DNA of 64,000 nt from contig QZJO01000001.1 of NCBI GenBank assembly GCA_003599755.1, positions 5,222 through 69,221 of the forward strand. The letters are read 5' to 3'. The stretch is from Candidatus Parcubacteria bacterium (GTDB taxonomy: Bacteria; Patescibacteriota; Minisyncoccia; Sungbacterales; SURF-37). Below the pieces are notes generated by a model that saw only the letters and a list, made by a program, of their open reading frames with translations, made no database searches and was not told the origin of the DNA. A program made the translations under genes and the position numbers. This document shows, in pieces, positions 1 through 8,076 of the stretch. Every line of letters starts with the position of its first letter. The first letter of the stretch is position 1.

Positions 1-1730
1 GTCGGGAAGCGCTCTGGGGCCAATTGCGCCTGATCGCCGTCGGCGTCGTAGCGCTTTTCGCGCTGTTATTTACGTTCCAAAGCTTTTCGCTGCCTTCCGA
101 GCCCGGCGGATTCTTCGCGCGTCCGGTGGAGATAACGCCGAGCTGGGCCTCTACGTTTGCCATCGCGCGCGAGACCATCATGGCCAAACCCTTTGGCTAT
201 GGGCCGGACCAGTTTATGGCCGCGTACAACCAATATCGCGATCCGGTCATCAACAATAGCGTATTTTGGAACCTACGCTTTGATCATGGCGTGGCATGGC
301 TGCCGACGATCGCGGTCACGCTCGGCGTGCCGGGTCTGGTCGCATTTGGCGCCTTGATCATACTCATGCTGGTCCTGCTCGTGCGCGGGATTCGCACTGC
401 GGCCGAAGCGGATCCGCTGCGCGTGGCATTCGCCGGCATGATTGTGGCCGCGTTGGCGCTCTTGTTCGTGGGCGGATCAACGATCACGAGTATGGCGCTG
501 TTATTCCTCGCGCTCGGCTGTTTTACGGCGATTATCCGCGAACCTGCGCCGGCCGAAGGTGTGGCGCGTTCGTGGTGGCGCGTAACCGATCGGACGCTTC
601 TGTGGGACGGTTCGTTCTTGCATATGGTGGCACCTCTGGCAAGCGTGTTCGTCGCTGCCGTGGTGCTCGCGGGCGGATACCTCCTGGCGACGCAGTATGC
701 TGGCGAGATTTATTTCCGGCGTGCGGCATTCGTGCTGCAGCAATTCGGGAATCTCGATAGCGCGAAAATATTTTTGGAACGCGCGGCACGACTCAATCCG
801 CAGGAAGCAACGTATTACCAGGGCCGGGCGCAAGTCGGGCTCGGGGTATTCCGCCAGCTCTTGCTCGCGGTACCGAATCCGCCTACTGATGCGTATCGCG
901 TCGCGCTCCAGACCGAATATCAAAGTGCGATCGAGGCCGGCCGCCGGGCCACAGCCATGGATTCCCATAATGCCCAGAATTGGATGGTGCTCGGGGCGCT
1001 CTACGAAGCGGCAATTCCGTTTTCCGAAGCGGGTGCGGATACGGCGGCCATTGACGCCTACGCCCGGGCGGCGGCCGAGGATCCCACGAATCCGGATCCA
1101 TATTTGGCGCAAGCCCGCGTCTGGGTCGCGACGGCTGATCTTTACTCGCTCGCCATCGGCCAGACGGTCGACGGCGAGATGCGCGGCCGCTTGGAAACGG
1201 CGCGCATGCAAGCGCTTGCCAAGGCCGCCGAAATCCTGGAAACCAAGGCCATTGCGCTCAAACAGAACTACGCGCCCGCGCATTTCCTCGCGGCACAGAC
1301 CGCGCTGCGGGCTGACAACTTGCAGGGCGCGATTCTCGCGAGTGAAAACACGATCCGTTCGCTGCAGCCGGGGAGCACGGATATCGGCCTCCTGTTTCAG
1401 CTCGGGGTTTTGTACTATCGCGCGGACCGCATGGCTGACGCGAAGCTCGTGCTCGCCCAAGCTCTCCTCTTAGACGAGCAATATTCCAACGCGCGCTATT
1501 TCTTAGGTCTTGTTGAGGAGCAATTAGGAGACCGCGACGCGGCCATCTCGCAGTTCGAGAAAATCCAAAAGTTGAACCCTGATAACGCCGAGGTTCAGCA
1601 GATCATCGACAATCTCCGCGCGGGCAGAACGGCGTTGGACGGCATCGTGCCGCCGAATCCCGCTCCTGAAGATCGGACCGATCCGCCCATCAGTGAGAAT
1701 GCGGCACCGGGAGGTCGTTTGCCGCGCTGA
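1..1730 (+). CDS. Polytopic membrane protein with O-antigen-ligase (Wzy_C)-like core and C-terminal TPR repeats. 5'-partial: the reading frame is open to the window edge and the track start at 24 is a TTG.
   Basis: Multiple hydrophobic helices. The 'AKPFGYGPDQF...' segment resembles the Wzy_C ligase signature. The C-terminal half has TPR-like repeats (YYQGRAQVGLG, NAQNWMVLGALYEAA, YFLGLVEEQLGDRDAAISQFEKIQKLNPDNAEV). There is no in-frame stop upstream of 24. Confidence 0.5.
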   Translation, partial: REALWGQLRLIAVGVVALFALLFTFQSFSLPSEPGGFFARPVEITPSWASTFAIARETIMAKPFGYGPDQFMAAYNQYRDPVINNSVFWNLRFDHGVAWLPTIAVTLGVPGLVAFGALIILMLVLLVRGIRTAAEADPLRVAFAGMIVAALALLFVGGSTITSMALLFLALGCFTAIIREPAPAEGVARSWWRVTDRTLLWDGSFLHMVAPLASVFVAAVVLAGGYLLATQYAGEIYFRRAAFVLQQFGNLDSAKIFLERAARLNPQEATYYQGRAQVGLGVFRQLLLAVPNPPTDAYRVALQTEYQSAIEAGRRATAMDSHNAQNWMVLGALYEAAIPFSEAGADTAAIDAYARAAAEDPTNPDPYLAQARVWVATADLYSLAIGQTVDGEMRGRLETARMQALAKAAEILETKAIALKQNYAPAHFLAAQTALRADNLQGAILASENTIRSLQPGSTDIGLLFQLGVLYYRADRMADAKLVLAQALLLDEQYSNARYFLGLVEEQLGDRDAAISQFEKIQKLNPDNAEVQQIIDNLRAGRTALDGIVPPNPAPEDRTDPPISENAAPGGRLPR

Positions 1731-1755
1731 AGTCCGGAGCTCGCGCGCTGGGAGT

Positions 1756-1877
1756 CCCGTTAGAGATAACGTTCATCTTCGCGCTAGACTTACCGAGTAT
1801 GAGAGTGGGCCAAGCGTATGGCGCATCTGGCATAATTTACGGAAGTGCTTGGATCGGCGCTTTCTATCTCTAACGGG
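1756..1877. repeat. Intergenic inverted-repeat element, copy 1 (arms CCCGTTAGAGATA / TATCTCTAACGGG, about 95 bp between them)
   Basis: Perfect 13-nt inverted arms at 1756-1768 and 1865-1877. The right arm is followed by ATGAAT, identical to the murJ start context. Confidence 0.5.
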
Positions 1878-1883
1878 ATGAAT

Positions 1884-1997
1884 CCCGTTAGAGGCCGCGG
1901 TCGCGTGCTTTTTTAGAGCACCTGCGCATACGCCATTAGTACTTATCAGTGATTATCGAACAGGCCGACGGTACGACCGCGACCTGCCTCTAACGGG
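1884..1997. repeat. Intergenic inverted-repeat element, copy 2 (CCCGTTAGAGG / CCTCTAACGGG), 3' arm directly abutting the murJ ATG
   Basis: 11-nt perfect inverted arms at 1884-1894 and 1987-1997. The ATG of murJ starts at 1998 (CTAACGGG-ATG). Confidence 0.5.
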
Positions 1998-3701
1998 ATG
2001 AATATCCCTTTCCTGAACCGGGAAATCGTCTCATTCCATGCCGCAGCCCTGGTGATCGGGGGTGCGGCTTTGGTGTCCAAACTCCTCGGCCTCATGCGCG
2101 ACCGGCTGTTGGCCGCGCGGTTTGGGGCGGGCGATGCGCTCGACGCGTACTATGCGGCGTTCCAGCTGCCCGATTTGCTCTATACGATCCTCCTGCTCGG
2201 CGCGGCCTCGGCCGCGGTGCTGCCCGCATACCTTGGCGCGCGCCGGGTCGATGCGAAAACGGCGGAACGGTTTCTCGGCAATCTTCTGACGCTCTTCGGC
2301 GCGACCGCGATTGCGGGCGCGCTAGTACTGTTTGCGCTCGCGCCCGAATTGCTGCGATTGTTAGTTCCGGGATTTGATCCCGAGAAGTTGGCAATGGCAG
2401 TCGGGCTTACGCGGATCATGGCTCTGAACGTCCTGCCGCTCGGTATCGCCGGAATACTCGCGAGCGTGCTGCAGGCCCATCAGCGGTTTATCGCGTTCGC
2501 GCTGCCGCCCATCGTGTATAACGTCGGCATTATCATCGGTATTTTGCTGTTTACGCCCGCACTCGGCGTCGCGGGGCTCGCCTGGGGCGTGGTGTTCGGC
2601 GGTGCGCTGCAGGTCATCGTCGTGCTGCCGGCGTTTTTCGGCCTCGGCATCCGCTACCGGCCGCGGTTCTCGCTAGCCGATCCGGCGCTTCGCCAGGTGC
2701 TCGCGACGTCCCTGCCGCGGGTGCTTGCGCTTTCGTTCGGGCAATTGACGCTGATCGCGCTCGCGGCGATCGCGTCGTTATTCGCATCGGGTTCCCTAGC
2801 GGCCTTCCGGCTCGGTGCGAATCTCATGTACGTGCCGGTCGGCCTCTTCGGCGTCAGTTACGCGCTTGCCGTATTTCCGAAGCTTTCGGATGCCTCGTTG
2901 GCGCGCGCCGGCGAGGCATTCACGAACCACTTCGTAGCCGGATTCCGGACGATTTTGTTCTGGACCTTACCGGCTGCGGCTCTCGCCATGGTGCTCCGCG
3001 CGCATATCGTGCGCGTCGTGCTCGGTAGCGGCGTATTCGACTGGACTGACACGCGCCTCGTTGCCGCGATTATTGCCGCGATCGCGATCGCCGTGGTGTC
3101 CGAAAGCATCGCGCCGCTGGTTCTGCGCGCGTTTTATGCGCTCGGGCGCACGCGCGAGCCGCTCATATGGAATTTGCTGTCGTCGTCGCTTGCGGTCGTC
3201 GTCGCGCTCCTGCTTTCCGCATGGTTTGTCCGGGCGCCGGAGGTGCTGGAACGTATTGCGGGCGTATTTCGCATCCGGGATATTCCGTCGCCGACCATTC
3301 TTGCGGTAGCGTTCGGGTTCGCGCTCGGCTCGGCAGTCAACGCGCTTATGCTCGTGTTGGTGCTGCGCCGCGCCGTACGACATGAATTCGGCATTCGCCT
3401 TCGGTTCGGCACCACGGATCTGGCCGGCATGCTTGGCGCGGCAGTACTCGCGGCCGTTGTGGCCTGGCTCGTGTTGCAGCCGTTCCCGTCGCTCGTGGCT
3501 ACCGATACGTTCTCCGGCATACTGCTGCAAGGCGTGGTCGCGGGCGTTGCCGGTATGGTCGTCTACGGCCTGATTCTCTTCGGCCAAAAGAATCCGGAAC
3601 TGTTCGGCTTTTGGGAAAGCGTCCGGCGGCGTCTCGTCACGCCGCGGCGCGCGCCGCAGGTATTCGAGACCGAAAAGCTCGACGGCGATCTGTCTCGTTA
3701 G
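1998..3701 (+). CDS. murJ: Lipid II flippase MurJ (MviN family)
   Basis: 567 aa, about 14 TM helices. The N-terminus 'FHAAALVIGGAALVSKLLGLMRDRLLAARFGAGDALDAYYAAFQLPDLLY' is the canonical MurJ signature. Confidence 0.85.
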   Translation: MNIPFLNREIVSFHAAALVIGGAALVSKLLGLMRDRLLAARFGAGDALDAYYAAFQLPDLLYTILLLGAASAAVLPAYLGARRVDAKTAERFLGNLLTLFGATAIAGALVLFALAPELLRLLVPGFDPEKLAMAVGLTRIMALNVLPLGIAGILASVLQAHQRFIAFALPPIVYNVGIIIGILLFTPALGVAGLAWGVVFGGALQVIVVLPAFFGLGIRYRPRFSLADPALRQVLATSLPRVLALSFGQLTLIALAAIASLFASGSLAAFRLGANLMYVPVGLFGVSYALAVFPKLSDASLARAGEAFTNHFVAGFRTILFWTLPAAALAMVLRAHIVRVVLGSGVFDWTDTRLVAAIIAAIAIAVVSESIAPLVLRAFYALGRTREPLIWNLLSSSLAVVVALLLSAWFVRAPEVLERIAGVFRIRDIPSPTILAVAFGFALGSAVNALMLVLVLRRAVRHEFGIRLRFGTTDLAGMLGAAVLAAVVAWLVLQPFPSLVATDTFSGILLQGVVAGVAGMVVYGLILFGQKNPELFGFWESVRRRLVTPRRAPQVFETEKLDGDLSR

Positions 3702-3867
3702 AAGCAGACCCCGGTAGTATACCGCGCAAGCTCGGTAACTACGGGGCGAGACGCGGTGTATAGATAGACCTTTATCATAGAGAGTCCCGCAGCCAAATCC
3801 ATGAGGGTTTGTGGTAACGGGATCGCGATTTCGATCGCCGCGCATAGCGATCGGGGCTTCTAACAAG
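3694..3867. repeat. Weak member of the GTTAGAAG inverted-repeat family (CTCGTTAGAAGC ... GCTTCTAACAAG), overlapping the murJ stop
   Basis: 12-nt inverted arms with 1 mismatch, about 150 bp apart. The interior contains GTAACGGGAT. Confidence 0.25.
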
Positions 3868-4760
3868 ATTTGCATCACTGACGGGCCGGGTCAATATTTT
3901 ATATTCATTGCACATTGATGTTTTACCCGTTACCATAAAAATATGGCTCGGGCTAGGTTTGATTTACCTATTGCTACCGTAAAAAGCCTCTACTGGGAAC
4001 GGGGTTTTTCTCTCGCAAAAATAGGCACCCGTTTTGGGTGCTCATGGAGTACTGTCGCGAATCGTTTGCGGGAGCACCATATTCCTTTGAAGAAAAAGAC
4101 GGAAATGAAAGTACGCTATCAAAAACGGTCATTCATCGGTTCGCTCGAGGAAATGGCGTATTTAGTTGGTTTCCGACTCGGAGATCTGAATGTCTACCGG
4201 CCTTCGATCAATTCAAAAATCGTAGTGGCGCGCTGCCACACTACGGTATCCATGCAAGCAAATCTTATTCGGTCGCTTTTTAAGAAATATGGCGGAGTGC
4301 GAGTTGTCCGTTCCAGTAACGGCATTACCATAAATTGCTTTCTGAATTTATCGTTCGGATTTTTGTTACCAAAAATTTATCCGCAATGGATTCAGCCGCA
4401 ATCAAAACCAATGGCTGCATTCACTGCCGGATATACCGATGCTGAGGGGTCGTTTGGTGTATATCAAGGAAGAGGGCGTTTCAAGCTCGATTCGTATGAT
4501 TATCAGATATTGCGAAATATATATCGTTTCTTGATTATCCAAGGAATTCATGCAAAGTTTTGGTGTATTGCGAAGCGAAATACAGCAAATATCAATGGCG
4601 GACGATGGCGCCACGATCTTTGGCGAATCAACGTCAATGAGGCGAAATCCTTGGTTAAATTTATTCGAATATTGTTGCCCCATTTAAGACATCATAACCG
4701 TATTCAACAAGCGCATGCAGTACTGAAAAATATCCAATCCAGATCCTCATTCACATGAAT
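3868..4760 (+). mobile_element. Low-GC (about 40%) insertion carrying a free-standing homing-endonuclease gene
   Basis: Abrupt GC drop relative to flanking genes (murJ, lepA about 63%). The segment ends exactly at the lepA start codon. Confidence 0.45.
3943..4758 (+). CDS. LAGLIDADG-family homing endonuclease-like protein (double-motif) with N-terminal HTH
   Basis: Two LAGLIDADG-like motifs: 'LVGFRLGDLNV' (about aa 64-74) and 'FTAGYTDAEGSF' (about aa 160-171, with the acidic catalytic residue). N-terminal HTH 'FSLAKIGTRFGCSWSTVANRLRE'. 271 aa. AT-rich codon usage unlike the host. Confidence 0.5.
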   Translation: MARARFDLPIATVKSLYWERGFSLAKIGTRFGCSWSTVANRLREHHIPLKKKTEMKVRYQKRSFIGSLEEMAYLVGFRLGDLNVYRPSINSKIVVARCHTTVSMQANLIRSLFKKYGGVRVVRSSNGITINCFLNLSFGFLLPKIYPQWIQPQSKPMAAFTAGYTDAEGSFGVYQGRGRFKLDSYDYQILRNIYRFLIIQGIHAKFWCIAKRNTANINGGRWRHDLWRINVNEAKSLVKFIRILLPHLRHHNRIQQAHAVLKNIQSRSSFT

Positions 4761-6551
4761 ATTCGGAACTTTGTAATTATCAGCCATGTTGATCACGGCA
4801 AGTCCACGCTTGCCGACCGGCTCTTGGAATTGACCGGCGCGGTGGAACGCCGGCGCATGCGCGAACAGTTTCTCGATCAGATGGAACTCGAGCGTGAGAA
4901 GGGGATCACGATCAAGATGCAGCCCGTTCGGATGCTCTGGCAGCCGCGCGGGGCAGAGCCGCCCTACATGCTGAATCTGATCGATACTCCCGGGCACGTG
5001 GATTTTTCGTACGAGGTATCGCGTGCGCTTGCCGCGGTGGAAGGCGCGATTCTCTTAGTGGACGCGACCCAGGGTATCCAGGCCCAAACCCTTGCGAATC
5101 TGGAGCTCGCGCGGCGCGAGGGGCTTGCCATCGTGCCGGCCGTCAATAAAATCGATCTTCCGGCCGCGCGGCCCGATGAGGTGGCCGAAGAAATCGCGTC
5201 GCTCCTCGAAATGCCGGCTGCCGACGTATTGCGTATATCCGGGAAAACCGGGGCGGGCGTGCCCGAACTCTTGGCCGCCATGGTGCGCGCCGTGCCGCCG
5301 CCGAGCGCCCGCGCCGACAAGCCCGCGCCCATGCCGCGCGCGCTGATCTTTGATTCGCACTTCGATCCCTATCGCGGCGTGATCGCGCATGTGCGCGTTA
5401 CGGACGGCACGTTTCGCCACGGGGCTAAGGTATGGATGGCGGCAACCCGTACGACCGTGGAGCTGATGGAGATCGGCACCTTCGCGCCCGAACTCAAGGC
5501 CGGGACGGAACTGGGCGCGGGCGAGATCGGCTATTTCGCGACCGGCCTCAAGGAAGCCGATGCGGTGCGCGTCGGAGATACGGTCCTCGGCGAAATGGGT
5601 GCCGACGCATGGCGGTTTCCGGGATACCGCGAGCCCGCCCCCATGGTATTCGCGAGCTTATATCCGGAAGATGCGGATATGTACGAGCGGCTGCTCGATG
5701 CGCTGAAGAAGATCCGCCTCAACGATGCCGCGTTGTCGTTCGAACCTGAATCGTCCGACGCGCTCGGCCGCGGGTTTCGCGCCGGATTTTTGGGCATGCT
5801 GCATATGGAAATCGTGGCCGAGCGGCTGCGGCGCGAATATGGCATCGCGCTCGTCACTACCATTCCTTCGGTGGCCTACCGTGTCATCCGGATCAACGGC
5901 GCGGAGGAATTCATCTACGCGGCAGGCAAGTTCCCGGATTTGCACGCGGTGCGCGAGGTGCGCGAGCCCTGGGTGCGCCTGGAGATCATCACCCCGCAAC
6001 GGTTCATGGGCAGCATTTTGGAATTAGTGCGCAAAGTCCGCGGCACGCCGGGCGACCAGCGGTACCTCGGCGGCGACCGGATGCATATCACGGCCGAAGC
6101 GCCGTTGCGCGACGTGCTCGTTGATTTTTTCGATGCGCTCAAAAGCGCGACCGAGGGATATGCGTCGCTTTCCTACGAGCCGATCGGGGAGCGGCTGGGC
6201 GACCTCGTACGCCTCGACATCGTCATCGCGGACGAGCGCGAGGATGCGCTCGCGCAAGTCGTGCCGTCCGAACGCGCGTATCAGGCGGGCCGCGCGATCG
6301 TGGCCAAGCTCAAGGAGCTCTTGCCCAAGGCCCTCTTCCCGATACCGCTTCAAGCAGCGGCCAATGGCCGCATCATCGCGCGCGAGACGATTCCGGCGCT
6401 GAAAAAAGACGTTACCGGGTATCTGTATGGCGGGGACCGCACGCGCAAGATGAAACTTTGGAAAAAGCAGCAGCGCGGGAAAAAGCGCCTGACCGAACGG
6501 GGGCGCGTAGAAATACCGCCCGACGTGTTTTTGCAAATTTTGAAGCGTTAA
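4755..6551 (+). CDS. lepA: Elongation factor 4 (LepA)
   Basis: 598 aa. 'NIRNFVIISHVDHGKSTLADRLL' G1 motif, 'LIDTPGHVDF', LepA C-terminal domain. Confidence 0.9.
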   Translation: MNIRNFVIISHVDHGKSTLADRLLELTGAVERRRMREQFLDQMELEREKGITIKMQPVRMLWQPRGAEPPYMLNLIDTPGHVDFSYEVSRALAAVEGAILLVDATQGIQAQTLANLELARREGLAIVPAVNKIDLPAARPDEVAEEIASLLEMPAADVLRISGKTGAGVPELLAAMVRAVPPPSARADKPAPMPRALIFDSHFDPYRGVIAHVRVTDGTFRHGAKVWMAATRTTVELMEIGTFAPELKAGTELGAGEIGYFATGLKEADAVRVGDTVLGEMGADAWRFPGYREPAPMVFASLYPEDADMYERLLDALKKIRLNDAALSFEPESSDALGRGFRAGFLGMLHMEIVAERLRREYGIALVTTIPSVAYRVIRINGAEEFIYAAGKFPDLHAVREVREPWVRLEIITPQRFMGSILELVRKVRGTPGDQRYLGGDRMHITAEAPLRDVLVDFFDALKSATEGYASLSYEPIGERLGDLVRLDIVIADEREDALAQVVPSERAYQAGRAIVAKLKELLPKALFPIPLQAAANGRIIARETIPALKKDVTGYLYGGDRTRKMKLWKKQQRGKKRLTERGRVEIPPDVFLQILKR

Positions 6552-6554
6552 TTC

Positions 6555-6600
6555 GAAAACCCGCCTGCTTGAAATGGAGCGGAGCGGGTTTATTTTTATT
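6555..6600 (+). terminator. Rho-independent terminator after lepA
   Basis: AAACCCGC...GCGGGTTT hairpin followed by TATTTTTATT. Confidence 0.5.
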
Positions 6601-6746
6601 GCCGCAAAGCGCCCTTAGCCGTAGAGTAGCGGCATGAGGGTAAGCCCGATCATGCCGAGTACGGCGACGACGCTGATAACGGTCCAGACGATTTTGGTCG
6701 TTTTGCGGGATAGCATCGGCGCCAGTATACCGTATCGCGGCTGCAA

Positions 6747-7163
6747 TTGTCACGCGCCATGAATTCGTCCGATGCATTTACGTTCCGCCGATCGCTGTCG
6801 TCGCCGCTGGCGATGGCCGTATTGGTTATTGCGGCCGCACTGTTGGCAACGAGTGCCGCGCGCATGGTGCTCCGTGAGCGAACGCTCGCGGCCGAACGGC
6901 AGGCCTTGGAGGAACGCATTTCTGCGCTTGAAGCCGAACGGCGATCGCTGGAAGAGCGCTTGCGCACTGCCGCGACTTCCGAATCTGTCGAGCGGCTCGC
7001 GAAAGAGCATTTGAACCAAAAAAATCCCGGCGAGGAAGTCGCGATCGTCGAGCCACTCGAAGTAACGCCTCCGCCGCCGTCCGAGCCGGAGTTGTCATGG
7101 TTCGCGCGCATGTTCGGCAGCGCGGGCTGGATCGGCCACTTGTTTAATTTCTTCGCGCGCTGA
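6747..7163 (+). CDS. Septum formation initiator FtsB/DivIC-like protein
   Basis: Single N-terminal TM, coiled coil (ALEERISALEAERRSLEERL), then 'AKEHLNQKNPGEEVAIV', matching the FtsB/DivIC 'GL.KPGE.V' motif. The start could be the downstream ATG at 6759. Confidence 0.5.
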   Translation: MSRAMNSSDAFTFRRSLSSPLAMAVLVIAAALLATSAARMVLRERTLAAERQALEERISALEAERRSLEERLRTAATSESVERLAKEHLNQKNPGEEVAIVEPLEVTPPPPSEPELSWFARMFGSAGWIGHLFNFFAR

Positions 7164-8076
7164 GTCCGAGCCATTGCGCGACTGCGCGCTCGGCTTCTGT
7201 GTCTGTTCGTATCCAGCGGATTTGTTCGCGCGTTCGAAACCATTGCGATTGGCGGCGCGCGTAGTCCTTGGTGGAGCGCGTAATCGCGTCCGCGAGCGCG
7301 GCGCGGGGAAGCTTGCCCTCAAGGCAATCGAGCGCCAATCGATACTCAAAGCCGAATTCTAAAAGTCGTTTGCGGCCGACGCGCTGCAAGAGTCGGCGCG
7401 TTTCATTCAAAAGGCCGTGGCGTACCATCGCGCGCGCGCGGCGCGCGATGCGTTGTTCGAGCACGGACGGCCCAACGCGAATACCGAGCCAGAGCGCATC
7501 CGAATCGGCGCGCCGTTCAAGCGGCGGCACGCGGCCCAGGGCCGTGGCAATTTCAATAGCGCGGATCAGGCGGCGCGGATTTTGACGATCAATGGTTTTG
7601 GCACGCCGAGGATCAAGTCGTTTGAGCATGCGGAATAATTCGGCGGCAAGTCGCTTTTCGAGCGCGCGGCGTAATTTCGGATTCGGCGGCACGGCGGGGA
7701 GTACGATGCCGGATGCGGCCGCATCGAGCCAAAATCCGCTGCCGCCGACGAGCATCGGTATGCGGCCCCGTGTCCGTATTTCGGCCATGCGCGCGTGCGC
7801 AAGCGCGGCAAATTCGCCCGCGCTGATTGCGCGGCGGGGCGGGAATTCGCCGATGAAGTGATGTCGCACGCCGCGGTACCAAAAACCGCCCCGACGGGCA
7901 TCGGGGCGCACCGGAACGGCCGCGCTGCCGATGGCCAGACCTCGATAAATCTGCCGTGAATCAACGGAAATCACTTCGCCGCCGAACCGGCGCGCGAGGC
8001 GCGCGGCGAGTTCTGATTTTCCCGATGCGGTTGGTCCGACGATGACGACGAACCGAGAATCGTGCGATACGCTCAC
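7144..8076 (-). CDS. miaA: tRNA dimethylallyltransferase MiaA
   Basis: 'VIVGPTASGKSELAARLA', 'ISVDSRQIYRGL', 'LVGGSGFWLDAA'. GTG start overlapping the thrS stop. Confidence 0.85.
   Translation of the reverse strand: MSVSHDSRFVVIVGPTASGKSELAARLARRFGGEVISVDSRQIYRGLAIGSAAVPVRPDARRGGFWYRGVRHHFIGEFPPRRAISAGEFAALAHARMAEIRTRGRIPMLVGGSGFWLDAAASGIVLPAVPPNPKLRRALEKRLAAELFRMLKRLDPRRAKTIDRQNPRRLIRAIEIATALGRVPPLERRADSDALWLGIRVGPSVLEQRIARRARAMVRHGLLNETRRLLQRVGRKRLLEFGFEYRLALDCLEGKLPRAALADAITRSTKDYARRQSQWFRTREQIRWIRTDTEAERAVAQWLGLSARRN

Noticed and set aside
501-1460. 319-aa minus-strand ORF and several 60-260-aa ORFs overlapping the first gene
   Set aside because: Antisense or out-of-frame shadows of the TPR/ligase-like gene with no domain features.
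2967-3878. 303-aa minus-strand ORF
   Set aside because: Antisense to murJ and His/Arg-rich; an artefact.
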